Source of the DNA: Octopus sinensis
Lineage: Eukaryota
Assembly: GCF_006345805.1 (NCBI RefSeq)
Contig: NC_043013.1
Coordinates: forward strand, 21,390,001-21,454,000
Length of the DNA: 64,000 nucleotides
Reading direction: 5' to 3'
How positions within the stretch are numbered: position 1 is the first letter of the stretch; each line of letters opens with the position of its first letter. A program made the position numbers and the translations under genes. Positions 37,662-51,539 of this stretch are shown piece by piece. Below the pieces are notes generated by a model. That model had not been told where the DNA came from, did not search any database, and saw nothing but the letters and a program-made list of their open reading frames with translations.

Positions 37662-38406
37662 AGATCACCTCCACTGTTTACAGCAGTGCTTGGAAGGAAC
37701 GTGTGTAGCGGGTGATCGTCGCATTGACCATGACAGAAAGTTGAGCAAAGAGTCTGCATCAAATTTTGTCAAAAACTTGGCGTTACCTGTTCAGAGGCCT
37801 ACGCAAAGTTTTCAAAAAGATTTCATTGTTCTCAACACAATCAAAGAGATCTTGTGCAACTGAAACCCGAGTATCTTTTTTGGTAAGCTGAAAGCAGTTT
37901 GGCACAAACTTGGCAGACATGCATCTCATACCCAAATCTTTAGTGATAATGGACTGAACTGTAATTAATCTGCACATCCTCTGATAACTTACAGATAGTG
38001 ATTCGATGATTTCACGTCACAGCTGCACGCACATCTGCGACGTTTTTCTCAGTTCTGCTGGTTGCGGGTCTCCCAGAATGTTCCTCAATATCGACATTTT
38101 TCGGCCATCTTGGAAACTTCTGAACCACTTGTGTACGGCACATGCACTCCTCTCCATACACTTTCTGCAACTTTGCATAGGCTTCTGAGCAGGTATCCCC
38201 ATGACAACTTTCTCTGTCTTGATCAATGCGACGATCACACGCTACACCCCTTCTTTCAAGCACTGCTGTAAACAGCAGAAGTGAGCTAGAAGGTTAAAAG
38301 TTAGTGCGCATGCACAGCAGAGTTCAAAGTCAATCTTTGCCCAGCGGATTTACTCTGCGTGCTTTAACTTATAACGACAGTCCGGTTACTCAGTTATCAG
38401 ACATCG
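37662..38406 (-). mobile_element. Mariner 5' half plus an inverted copy of its own 5' region (37662-37815)
   Basis: AYAKLQKVYGEECM..SGRPATSRT..ITKDLGMRCMSAKFVP (HTH and WVP-like linker), with a TA-flanked end at 38406. Confidence 0.88.
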
Positions 38407-38433
38407 TATATATATATATATTATATATATATA

Positions 38434-38464
<31 letters not shown>

Positions 38465-38466
<2 letters not shown>

Positions 38467-38640
38467 CGACAGGCTTCTTCACAGTTTCCTCCTAGAAGAT
38501 TCACTCACAAGGCATTAGTCTGCCCAGAAATATAGTAGAAGACACTTGCCCAAAGTACTACGAAGCGAGACTGAACTTATAAACTATTTGACTGCAAAGC
38601 AGACGTCTTTAACACACTACCATGCCATGCCAGCGCCTAT
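38465..38640 (-). mobile_element. SINE family A head, decayed
   Basis: CGACAGGCTTCTTCACAGTTTC...GAAGACACTTGCCCAAAG. Confidence 0.7.
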
Positions 38641-38725
38641 ACATACAGTGTAATATTTTATATTTTGGATTTTATTTCAACCCTTATCTTTGAACCAGGT
38701 TTAATCTTTTTTTTTTCATTTTGCA

Positions 38726-38950
38726 TACTCTTTTTACTCTTTTACTCTTTTACTTGTTTCAGTCATTTGACTGCGGGCATGCTGGAGCACCGCCTTTAGT
38801 CGAGCAAATCGACCCCGGGACTTATTCTTTGTAAGCCCAGTACTTATTCTATCGGTCTCTTTTGCCGAACCGCTAAGTGACGGGGACGTAAACACACCAG
38901 CATCGGTTGTCAAGTGATGTTGAGGGGGACAAACACAGACACACAAACAT

Positions 38951-39009
<59 letters not shown>

Positions 39010-39175
39010 TATACGACGGGCTTCTTTCAGTTTCCGTCTACCAAATCCACTCACAAGGCTTTGGTCGGCCCGAGGCTATAGTAGAAGACACTTGCCCAAG
39101 ATGCCACGCATTGGGACTGAACCCGGAACCATGTGGTTGGTAAACAAGCTACTTAACACACAGCCACTCCTGCGC
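38726..39175 (-). mobile_element. SINE family A, full-length
   Basis: High similarity to 7651-8046. Confidence 0.92.
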
Positions 39176-40103
39176 ATATTTATTAAAATTTCAAAACGAA
39201 AAGAACGGGTGCGAGATTCGAGCTCAAGCGCTTATTTTCTCGTGAAATGTCATCGAAGAGAAGGTAGGGATATCAGGGAAACTTAACATTGAGTCTATGT
39301 ATGAGTCATCCTCCTTTACCATCGCCAGCAGCTACGAGAAACTGCACCAATATAACCGAATCCAAGATTTTCTGTGAAAAGTATAAAACGATATTTTTAT
39401 GCCAACTGGTACGATGATAAATTATTTCACGTTCAGGTTATGTCTTAAAAGTACGATTATTCCCTGCATCAAATAACAAGCAATCACAGTAATATTAACA
39501 TAAGAAATGACAAGCCATAGATATCATATCGTTAGGAAAGATGAACCAGCAACAGTAAAACTGAAATAATAGCTGCATTGCAAATATATAGTATTCTGTG
39601 TTTATGGCTTTCACGGTGCATATCTCATAGCTAAGTGAAACATTCTTGTAGATGCTAGACATGTATGTACAAGATTGTTTTCAGTCAAGTAATGCTTCGT
39701 GGAGATTTATGTGCAGGTGAAAGTTGAAATCCTAAACTAAAGAGGAATTCTATTTCAGTTTTTATTATATATGAGTGCTGTATAAGGCTGAGTTAATATG
39801 GTTTAAGGTTCCCTAACCACAGATGGCCAGTAATCGCAATCTAAAAGTTGGGAATCTGTGTTCTATCAATAACTGCGCTATATTCATGACGAAAAATTCA
39901 GTTATTGACAATATGGTACGTGTAATTAAACGTACTTACATGGGATGTGTATAATCCACTTGTGAATATTGGAAATATTGTAAAATAGACAATTGTTTTA
40001 TTGTTTGAATGTATAAGTTCAACTCCTAGGAGCATGGTTCAAGACATGTGGGGTGGGGGTGAAAGTGAGAGAAACAGAGAGAAACAGAGAACGTGTGTGC
40101 GTA

Positions 40104-40516
40104 TACTCTTTACTCTTTTACTTGTTTCAGTCATTTGACTGTGGCCATGCTGAAGCACCGCCTTTAATCGAGCAACTCGACCCCGGGACTTATTCTTTTT
40201 GTAAGCCCAGTACTTATTCTATCGGTCTCTTTTTGCCGAACCGCTAAGTAACGGGGACATAAACACACCAGCATCGGGTGTCAAGCAATGCTAGGGGGAC
40301 AAACACAGACACACATACACACACACGCTTATATATATATACATATTATATACGACGGGCTTCTTTCAGTTTCCGTCTACCAAATCCACTCACAAGGCTT
40401 TGGTCGGCCCGAGGCTATAGTAGAAGACACTTGCCCAAGGTGCCACGCAGTGGGACTGAACCCGGAACCATGTGGTTGGTAAACAAGCTACTTACCACAC
40501 AGCCACTCCTGCGCCT
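40104..40516 (-). mobile_element. SINE family A, full-length
   Basis: High similarity to 7651-8046 and 48917-49317. Confidence 0.92.
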
Positions 40517-40557
40517 ATGTTTGTGTGTACATATATACGTTACTGTGCGTTTGTATA

Positions 40558-40592
<35 letters not shown>

Positions 40593-41929
40593 TATGTATG
40601 TATGTATTACGTATGTATGTATGTGTGTGTGTTTGTATTTTCCATGCGTATATGTGAGTGTGTATGTTTGTGTGTATATATGAATTCAGCTTCTCCTGAG
40701 GGTGTTCTTCAGTATGCATGTAAGTGAGAATATTTGTATGTGCTTATTTATGTAAATGTCTGGTTTTGAGTAGATGAGCTCAAGTTCACTTGAAGATTGA
40801 TTGCATTTCGCCGATTTGAGGATGAATTTCACCTGATGAAAGGGTGTGGTTACGCAATAATGCGAATTACATATTATGAATTACATATTATGAATGCATT
40901 TTTAAATAAATCACCAAGCTATATATATTATACTAGACTACTCATAACCCGTTGGGTCACCTGGAAAGTCTGAGTTTCCCAGTAACGGAGTTTCGTTTCG
41001 TGGGTTTTTTCTTTCCCAGTTATTTTGTTTGCATGCTTTCAACGAATGTGACATCGAAATCACGCGTAAACGGCTCCTTTCCCCAGAAAAGGAAAGATTT
41101 GGTTGCTATCTCTTGCGGCCACATAACAGGTATTTCGGGTCCTTTATCACAAATGGCTGTTACCTGATAGCAGGGCATGCTAGAAATAGCAGCCAAATCT
41201 TTGGAGGTGAGAAACGTTGAATGCATCGAAAAAAACCTGTGGAAAAAAATTATTTTTCACCGAGGTCACGAACTGGTCTTTTACGAAATATTTACTGTAT
41301 TTTAAAGTCATCGTCACTTTAAAATATTTTTTAGATATACCAAAAGAATTTTTGTAATGGTATTCACTTGAAAATAATTTAAATAAACATTAAAATATTG
41401 TCTGTTTAAAGAAAGCTAAAATATAAATACTTGTTTACTGTACAAATAACTTACATTTTTGAAATCACATTCACTTAAAAATATTTCTAAATGATTAAAT
41501 TATTGTTTTTAACTAAAGCGAAAATAGAAACATTTACTGTAAAATAAAAAAATCATAATTTTTCGTTTCAAATCACTGTCTAATCGAAAGTTTAGAGTTT
41601 CTTCCCTTTCAGGGTAAAGCTATATTCGGAACATTTTCCCATTATGCACTGTTTTGGGTATTTATACCCCGCAAACCCGAATAGCTCAATAACTACTGCT
41701 CCGATTTACTGGTAACTTATTTCATTCCGTTCGTATTAACATTTCATGGACAACTTAATTCTTAGTATTTTCCCCAATATGCGCCAGTTTGGCTGAGTAA
41801 CATTGCAAGCAAGCAAGATTGAACTTCACTTTTATTAGTATATAGATTTGTATACACACATCCATATATATATACATTCATACATATATGCAAGCATGTA
41901 GGCACACACACACACACACATGCATGCAT

Positions 41930-42090
41930 GACGGGCTTCGATACAAAATTCCACTCACAAAGTATTAAACATGCAAGCTTGATTAATACATTGAAAGGCT
42001 TCAGCCTAAGCCATTTGCCCAAGGCCATGCCCCCTTGGGATCGAACACAGAACCCGGTAGTTTCGCATTCAACGTCTAAACCACACAACT
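41930..42090 (-). mobile_element. SINE family A head, decayed
   Basis: ATGACGGGCTTCG..AAATTCCACTCACAAAG...CATTTGCCCAAGG. Confidence 0.6.
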
Positions 42091-42637
42091 ATCACAAACA
42101 TACGTAAATAGCATAAGCATGCTTAGAAAGACAGACATTGACAAGATTGAAAATCTAAATTTTTTTTTTTTATAAAAGAAATTAATTTTTAATCAGCAGG
42201 AATCATTTTAGACAAGCTGAAAGAATCTTACAATTCTGTCATCTTGTGTGTATCTATGTCTAACAATGTATGTATTTAGATATATACTTCTGTTCGTATG
42301 AATATGTTTACATATATGTGTGTGTGCCTCTCTCTCTCTCTCTCTCTCTTTCTCCTTATATATGTATATTTATATATATATATATATACTACATATGTTT
42401 ATACAATATGCATCATCTCATATAAACATATGCATATATAACGCACATATGTGTGAATGTGTGAATAGATGGATGTATATACATATGCATACATATATAT
42501 ACATAAATATATGCACATATATATATATATAGCGTGTGTGTATGTGTGCATGTTTGTTGTGTGTGTATGTGTGCATGTGTATATGTATGTGTGTGCATGT
42601 TTGTGTGTGTGTTTGTGTGTGTGTGTGCATGTGTGCA

Positions 42638-42698
<61 letters not shown>

Positions 42699-43121
42699 CT
42701 AAAATTAAATTTTGAAACTACAATTTCACTCCAGAAAATAAAGTAACACTTAAAAAGCAATCACTCAACGTACAAAATTATTTTTCCGACAGATCAACAC
42801 TTGAAAGAAAGCTATTATTTATTCCAACTCAAAACCTGATTTGCAGTGATGCTCATTCTTAAGTGAAACACCAATCAAATATTTACTCACAGTTTTAATG
42901 ATCCTTGCGGTGTTGCCAATGAAAGACTCCCATACTTTAATCACGTATTTCTCCAATGTCGCCAGAAATATTTATATTCAGTATTCAACATCTCTAGACG
43001 TACAAGAATATTTTATTAATTCTCTTCTCAATAAAACAAAATTATTTTTTTTAATTTTAGGCCCAACTGAAATCATATTATGGTTTAGGTTTCAGAACCA
43101 TGGCAAAGAATAATAATAATA

Positions 43122-43207
<86 letters not shown>

Positions 43208-43223
43208 TAATAATAATATAATA

Positions 43224-43563
43224 GATGACAACGTGTCTCTAAAAGAAATGGAGAAACTTTCAAAATACAAAGACCTGGAAATAGAGGTAACCAGAATGTG
43301 GAATCTAAAAACAGAAACAATTCCTATCATAGTAGGTACATTAGGCATGATAAAAAATTATTCAGACAAATACATAACAAAAACACCAGGACTTACAAAC
43401 ATATAACATACAGAAAATTGCACTACTAGACACTGCACACATCCTACGCAGACACTTTCAATACAATAACCATCAGAGCATCACAACAAATCACAGCACA
43501 TACTTAAGGCACACAGAGCTGCGCTCGGTAGTGAAGTGAAAGCACGCTATAAAAATAAAACTA

Positions 43564-43566
<3 letters not shown>
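43224..43566 (+). mobile_element. R4/Dong-like retrotransposon 3' end in (AAT)n, copy 1
   Basis: DDNVSLKEMEKLSKYKDLEIEVTRMWNLKTETIPIIVGTLG..(frameshift) NIQKIALLDTAHILR, the end of an RLE domain. (AAT)n on both sides. Confidence 0.88.
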
Positions 43567-43594
<28 letters not shown>

Positions 43595-43602
43595 TAATAA
43601 TA

Positions 43603-43640
<38 letters not shown>

Positions 43641-43981
43641 GATGACAACGTGTCTCTAAAAGAAATGGAGAAACTTTCAAAATACAAAGACCTGGAAATA
43701 GAGGTAACCAGAATGTGGAATCTAAAAACAGAAACAATTCCTATCATAGTAGGTACATTAGGCATGATAAAAAATTATTCAGACAAATACATAACAAAAA
43801 CACCAGGACTTACAAACATATAACATACAGAAAATTGCACTACTAGACACTGCACACATCCTACGCAGAACACTTTCAATACAATAACCATCAGAGCATC
43901 ACAACAAATCACAGCACATACTTAAGGCACACAGAGCTGCGCTCGGTAGTGAAGTGAAAGCACGCTATAAAAATAAAACTA

Positions 43982-43984
<3 letters not shown>
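43641..43984 (+). mobile_element. R4/Dong-like retrotransposon 3' end in (AAT)n, copy 2
   Basis: Same 5' truncation and same frameshift as copy 1, differing by about one base. Confidence 0.88.
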
Positions 43985-44030
<46 letters not shown>

Positions 44031-44084
44031 TAATAATAATAATAATAATAATCATAATAAAAATTTCTACTGGAGGTACACGGC

Positions 44085-44273
44085 CATAAAATTTGGTGGG
44101 AAAGGGACTAGTCAATTACATCGACCCCGGTGTTTCACTGGTATTTAATTCATTGACCTTGAAAGGATGAAAGGCGAAGTCGTTCTCGACGGAATTTGAA
44201 CTCAGAACGTAACGACAGGCGAAATACCACTATGCATTTCGTCCAGCGTGCTAACGGTTCTGCCAGCTCGCCA
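44085..44273 (-). mobile_element. SINE family B, older copy with tail ii
   Basis: GAAAGGATGAAAGGCGAAGTCG...GCTAACGGTTCTGCCAGCTCGCC. Confidence 0.85.
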
Positions 44274-44275
44274 CT

Positions 44276-44313
<38 letters not shown>

Positions 44314-45689
44314 CCAACGATGATGATGATGATGATGATGATGATAACGAGGTGCTGTTTCAAATTTACATATTGGTATAATTCTATCTACTATTGGCAC
44401 AAGAACTTCATATTGGCATAATGCGACAAATGGACTGCAAAATCAACCACAATACGTGCTAGGTATCTTTATCTCGTACCTTAGATCGGTGAGATGCAGA
44501 CATGACTACAATAGGTCTTGAAGTCATAACGAAGAGACATGAAATGTCATAAAAATATAATTTCTGCTGATCCACCATCTTTGATCAACTAAACTTTAAA
44601 GGGAGTCACTTCAGACGGTCTTCACTGGAACAGCAAATAAATAGATCCAACTACAAACTTGCTCAGTGACAGACCTATGACAAGAAGTATCCTTGAACAC
44701 CCACAGACTAATGACATATTCACAAACTTAGTCTTTTCTCTGTTCTTCTTCAATGTGGACATAATCGAGTGATTGGAATTAACGTCCGCATTTTGAGTTT
44801 TGACGAGGACATTAAGATAACAACACAAAACCGTACAACTGTTCCAATTAATCTCTTCATACATCTACCATTTCCTTAAAAGTGTCATACAATGGATAAA
44901 TATAAGTTCCACATCATTTATTTATCAATTTCAGCACTTTAGCTGTCAAAACTTATTCCCTTGTTTGCTTTATTTTTCCATTTCTCATGATTAAACATGC
45001 ATAAAAGTGTTAGTGGGAGTGCTCAGTCACAGCTAAACCATTTTGAAAATGTCAGCTTCGAACTGTTTCGGTATGAACATCAAAGAAATAAAAGTTAAGA
45101 GTGATTGATAATAATATATTTTTAGTTTATCGTCATTCTCTTCAGAAACACAGATACCCGACTCTAAAAGATAGTGAACAACCAAGAAAATAGTGTGGTT
45201 CTTTTTTATCAACACACTGCATCTGTACAATAACCGAGTTTAGTAAGATTTAATCCTTTTCGAGGGATTAAATCTTGACAAGAGGGAGAGCACAGTATAA
45301 CGTTTAGTTCTGAGTTCAATTCCACGTCCGGTCTGTAGGAATAGTCAAGATAAATATCCTCACAACATCATGGGTTCCATGTCTAAAGCAAAACAAATTT
45401 GAGAATTTATATTTCCTTGACACTAACGATTGAAAATATGAGAATTTGGTGTTTGAGAATCTCAGCTTTTGAAATCTTAGACAAAAACCAGAATAATGAA
45501 TAACATTGCAGTGTCCTTATCAGTTATTCTTCCCAATTAATGAGATGTTAGTTTCTATATAGAAAAATAACTTTATCAAATTATTTACAAATTTTCGTTC
45601 TTAACAAAAGAAATTATTGGATAATGACTAGGATTAGATCGCTATCTTTAAATTAACCAAAATCTTGCGTGAGCGGACAAAGAATATTG

Positions 45690-45905
45690 GTTTCAAATTT
45701 TGACACAATGCTAGCAATTGTACGGGAGAAAATAAGTCGACTACACCGACCTCAGCGCTCAATTAGGACTTATTTCATTGACTGCAAAAGAATGAAAAGC
45801 GAAGCCAACCTCGGCAGAATTTGAACTTTGGATATAAAGAGTCAGAAGAAATAGTGCTACGCATTTTGTCCGGTGAGGTAACGATTCTACCAGCTCGACG
45901 CCTTT
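45690..45905 (-). mobile_element. SINE family B, decayed
   Basis: AACCTCGGCAGAATTTGAAC...GATTCTACCAGCTCGACGCC. Confidence 0.7.
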
Positions 45906-47589
45906 AGAGACAAAGAATAATGATGCAAATGCATGCGTATATAGAAGAATAGAATGGACTAAGCGGAGCAGAAGCACACACGAGGACAGAAAGTGTCGCT
46001 GAAGAGGTCACAGATGTGTGACGAAAGATTTCCGGACAATAGTCATGGGTTAGAATAAGAACAGTAATAAATAAGTGAGGAATGAATATACAGTGCGTGT
46101 GTTTATTTGAAAAAAAATGACCGTCCCGAAATACAATGTTTCGACACACGGTTTCGCATCAGGGATCCTGCAACGTAAATTCATGAACGTAGAATAATGC
46201 TTTGATTGTCGCATAACTGTTTGAAGTCAAATAAATGATCGTCTGACCTGAAATTCTTGAAACTCAAGAATTGTTTGAAAACTGGAATAGCAACTGGTTC
46301 TGGTTTATCTGAGAGAAAACAATGAGGAGATTAAATATAAGACTGATGTGAAGTTTTCTATACAACTATTGAAACTTTGCCATTAATTTAAATGAGAGAC
46401 ATGCTTAAAAACTTCTGATATTTTCTGTGTAAATGAAAATATTTTGGTTGTTTTGGAAAACAACGTGTATGAGACAATAAGGAGATGAATTAACTGCAGT
46501 AAAATTACTTGAGCGATTATGGAATTCAAACTAATACAGGGTTTGACCATATTTTTATTATAAAAGACCGGTTTCGACTATTTATATCATAAAGGTTCGA
46601 TCCCAGCTCTACAATGTACTCGAAACATTCATCAAACTTCCTTGAAACTATAACCAATTTGAAGTGGTTTGGCGTGTTGAGAGAAATAAACTGATTCCGG
46701 ATTCTATTTTTATTTGTAGGAATAGAAATAGAACTCGTAATCTAGTAGTTATGGATACTGGAAATAGTGAAAATAATTGGAAAATACTCCATAGTCGTTC
46801 GGTGAAATCCGCATGCAGCGCCCAGAATAGCAACGGTGTAATTTCATAATGGATTAGGATGGTAACGTAAACAATAACAGCATAGATAAACGCGATAAGA
46901 AAAGTGCAGCTAAACCCTCTAGCAGAACCAGTAACGTAAGCGACAGCAGGACAGGCATCTAAAATAGGAACAACCCCCGTACGAAAAGTAATATAGCGAG
47001 TACTAGTAATAAAAACAAATATTATAACATATTAGGTTATCCCAAAAATTCGTAAACACTTGCGAAAATTGAATTTTTACTCGCCAAGTACTAACAAAAA
47101 CAACAAAAATTATTCCTCAAAATAAAGACCATTATTTTCCAAGACTTTCTACGAACTTTTGGGACAACCTTATATTTGGAGGTAAACCCGTAAGAAAAAC
47201 CGATTGCTTTCACAAAAATAGACCAACAACCGATAGTAGTAACGATTCCACAAAAGAACAAATAGATCAAGGACTACACTGTGGTATAATGCCGTATTCG
47301 GTAGGCAAAGAGATACTAACATTCCAGTAAACATTTTCACCGCTATAGATTGGCATTTTCCTGAATCAAATTGATACAATAGAATTTTTTAACCGACTGA
47401 CGAGTAGATTAGCATTCCTCACTAGCAAAAACTTAGCCCAAATTGTAGCGACGCATAACATTAGAATATCTGAAATTCATAAAAAAAATATAATAAAACT
47501 AACTCTCATAATGATGACAACGCACGTGTATCGAGCTGAAAAGGTAAATACTCAATCGAGGGAGATTTTGACCACAGTACCTAAGAAAC

Positions 47590-47870
47590 ATAGAAAAAAC
47601 AAGGACGGGTCATTCGGAGTTTTCTTTCCTCAGTCGCGTTCCAGATTATCTTTTCAATTTCGGCTGGTTATACTCGAGATTGCTCCAATCTAGCCAGCCC
47701 CAAGGAAAATCTAAGCTAAGCGTGGTAGATTCTTTGGAAGAAAGCAGCGAATGTATACGAAACCAAGGACGGGAAAGAAACGGAGAAATGGTACAGAAAT
47801 ACAAATGCAAATAACAGGACATTAACAACAGGTGTCTTTCGACTAAGGACGAATTAAATTAAGCTGGCAG
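47590..47870 (+). repeat. Unclassified interspersed repeat (family P, longest copy)
   Basis: Contains both the segment seen at 1002-1127 and, inverted, the one at 4951-5130. Confidence 0.7.
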
Positions 47871-48085
47871 GGTTTCAAGCAACAGTAAAGGATGAGGTTG
47901 AGTTGATAGGGTTCCAAAAGAGCAACTTTAATTTTATATAAAGCTGCTAATGTTCTAAGAGCGAGGGTATGGAAGCTCGACACGATCCAGTTATCTGCTA
48001 TGATTAGATATTTACATATACACGCGAACATATATACATACATAAATATTCGTATATGTGCATGTATGATTCGTGTGTGGGGGGG

Positions 48086-48153
<68 letters not shown>

Positions 48154-48756
48154 TGGTAATTTATGTAATTTTACCAAAATTCACGCTCTGCTGATTCAGT
48201 TCTGATGCTTTGAATGTTCAAATTATGATTCCCTTTAAAACAAGAAATGGCAACCCCTCACGTAACAAGCTTCATCACTGCTTCTACTTCCTGTATTTTA
48301 TGCATTGCATAAATATCTTCTAAATTAAGAATCTTCAAAGGTAAAGTGACATTCGTGGAAATGCTCGCCGAAAACATGCTATTTTTACATTGTCATCTGC
48401 TTGAAAGCTAAACGAGAAGGGAAAATTATCGTGTGGCCATCACGGCACCTGAAAACGTCCAAATTGTCACGAAAAGGAGAACATTATCCTGGATTTCATT
48501 GTGGTTACTGACAGATAAATGATAAACACGCGAAATGAAGAGAAAGTGAAAGATAATTTTAAATATAGTACAACGTCGATATCCTTTGGAAATAGAAATT
48601 TATATTAATCCATTACATACGAACAAAACGAATCATGTTTCAATGGATCTTGTCAACACTGAAAGCATATCTGACGTGCTGCGCCATTTAACTGTCTGTG
48701 TCTCTTTAGGTTAGATAAGTAGCTGTTGATTGCATTAACAGCTATTCACATCAAGG

Positions 48757-48791
<35 letters not shown>

Positions 48792-48916
48792 GGGGAGACA
48801 GGTGAGGAAGAGATTGCTTAGAGGTTCACTGCTCCGTAGAGAAAACTAACTTTACACTTGTAACTCTGTCTCGCTAGAATTGAGATCATATTTTTGGAAT
48901 TACCGATGAATAATTA

Positions 48917-49317
48917 TTTTACTCTTTTACTTGTTTCAGTCATTTGACTGCGGCCATGCTGGAGCACCGCCTTTAGTCGAGCAACTCGACCCCGGGACTT
49001 ATTCTTTTTTGTAAGCCCAGTACTTATTCTATCGGTCTCTTTTTTGCCGAACCGCTAAGTAACGGGGACATAAACACACCAGCATCGGTTGTCAAGCAAT
49101 GCTAGGGGGACAAACACAGACACACAAACATACATACACATATACATATATATATACATATATACGACAGGCTTCTTTCAGTTTCCGCCTACCAAATCCA
49201 CTCACAAGGCTTTGGTCGGCCCGAGGCTATAGCAGAAGACACTTGACCAAGATGCCATGCAGTGGGACTGAACCCGGAACCATGTGGTTGGTTAGCAAGC
49301 TACTTACCACACAGCCA
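48917..49317 (-). mobile_element. SINE family A, near full-length
   Basis: High similarity to 40104-40516. Confidence 0.92.
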
Positions 49318-51539
49318 ATTATTTTTTGATAGCTTTTAATTTTTTTTCTCTTTTACTTCTCAGTTTTTACTGTCTTTATAGTTACTCTTCATTCTGATAA
49401 AAACACCAAAAAAGCATCATGTTTGCAAAATCATCCGATTTTGCAAAACGAGCATCCGATAGAATGTTTGTGTCATCTGTACTGGCGCTTTAAGTTTGAA
49501 TGCAAGCATGAACAATTTTGCTTTTTTTATCTTTTCAGGGTCGATAAATAAAGTACCAATCCAGTATGGTGGGTTGTCGTAATTGTTAATATGTTTAACG
49601 ATATTCCTTGTTATATTTGTTCCGGTTCTTTACATTCCGAATCGAAATTCTGCTTCCTTTCATAGACCTCAGCGTGGCCGGACTCAACAAACCTCCAGGA
49701 AAGAATTCCAACCACATTTCGTGGTTTGCTTACCTCAACAGCTCCTTTAAAGGATCCAGTAGCTAAAGACATCATCAGGAGGAACCACGTCCTGTTTCAG
49801 CCCCTACTCCTCTACCGTTTTGGACGTGTGTGTATAGGTTCTGTAGTATAAACATATACGATATATACTTCAAAATGTATATATAGACCTATATTATTTA
49901 TACCTGAATAGACGTTATATAGATTTTATTATGCACCATAGCAGTGTTGGGCGATATCACTTCTAAAAGTTCAAGCTAATTCTGTCATCATTTACAGAGG
50001 AGTCAGTTTTGTCTTGCTTCCAAGAAACAAAGAATTTAATTGACAAAACCAGATGATGATATTATAATAAAATCTACATCGTATCTCATATGAAAACAGA
50101 AAACAACCTCCCGCTAATAAACGGTGAAATTCTTTAAAATTTAAATTTTTTCAGTTAAAAATCTGGTGTTTCAACAAAAATGTCCTAAACTTATTATTTT
50201 GTTTAAGATAATGGAATTCTTAGAAATGATTGATAAGTTCGATGGAAACGTTAGAAAACATATTGTACAACTTCGATGCGCCTAATTAACTTTAATTTCA
50301 TAATAATTCAAACATTAAAACACCTTTAGACCATAAAACCACCCACCACCTTTTTACTTTTTTTTTTTTTTTTTTTGCATTTTTTATATCTGTGGAGTCT
50401 TGCTAAGAAGTTGAGGGCGGAGAGGAGGTTGTATTGAACAAAACTGAACTGAGATTTCATACCGAAAATAGATTGATTTTTAGTTCAAGAATGCGAGAAA
50501 TTGTTGGTTTCATTTGATAAAGTGAATATTCCATGATGAAAAGGAAAAGCTGATAGAATTCAACCCGGTGTAATAATGTGTATTAATTCACAGAATCAGT
50601 AAAGATAAAAGGTCAAATTATCACTTTAATCTGTAAAAGAAACTAAATGGATTAAAGGTTTTATTTCTACTCTCTACCGTCAGCTGGGTGTCGAGCTCCG
50701 TTCAGTACAGAGGGTATAAATTATAGCGAAAACATTGTGAGAAGTTTGGGAAGAAATGGAGGAGTGAGTTGTGATTAGGGAAATTGGTGGTAATTCATTG
50801 TTACTTCTCTCAACACAGTTGAAAACCCCGGCCAGTTTTATACGACTCAAATATCAGAAATCAATAACAAGCTACTGGTTTAGATGTTCTTGTTTCTTTC
50901 TTCCATCCATCTTTATCGTTCGAAAGCTATCAGGAAAGTGAACTCCTAACTACCACTTACTAAAAGAACTGACACTCGACGGAGATTTCATTTATAATCA
51001 ACAACGATTCGAAGAAAATAAATTTAACCATTTAAAATGATTTTGAAAATCTTTGATTAATTTCTTGTCAAGTTTTCTGCTAAATGTTACGGCTTCATTT
51101 TCACATTATAGAGACGTTAATTAAATGAATAAATACCGACTTTTTTTATAATTATCAAATAATTTTATTTACAACTGGAATTACTTGAATATTTCGCCTA
51201 AAACAATTTGGTCCATATTGGAACTAATTTGGTGAGTTGGAACATAACTGGAAATCGAAATAAATGGATGAATCCCAAGATGAAACAGCAATAAAAGTTC
51301 AAACAAGAAATAATAGAAACACAAACAATTAATAATTAATTAAAATCTAATTTCGGAATTTGATTAAATTAAACTGTTTTCAATTCAGTGTTAGAATAAT
51401 CTGTGTACGTGTGTGTGCGATTGAATGCGTGTATGTGTTTACGAGTGTGTGCAGCATTGATGGTGGCGACAATAGTAGTAGTACCAGCTCACGCGTGCCG
51501 CAGCTGTCGCCGCCGACGGTATCAGATCCAGCAACTTAC

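Noticed and set aside
40829-40880. CTGATGA..CGAAT motif; similarly weak motifs near 1655, 12580, 46565, 55218, 56140 and 57318
   Set aside because: Stems are missing or the core is broken. At best these are unrecoverable remnants, and some are expected by chance.
46648-46960. About 105-codon open minus frame after an AG, plus a 34-aa hydrophobic ORF
   Set aside because: Strand-biased, low-complexity composition and no homology recognised.
47600-47720. Possible hammerhead on the minus strand of family P (GGCTGG..CCAGCC-GAAAT; CTGAGGA..CGAAT)
   Set aside because: The core spacing or stem I does not fit in either register.
48270-48452. Minus-strand acceptor TTTTCAG|GTGCC
   Set aside because: All three frames stop within about 20 codons.
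49732-49840. Minus-strand exon candidate ending GAG|GTAAGC
   Set aside because: All frames from the best acceptor contain stops. The only open version needs an acceptor without a pyrimidine tract.
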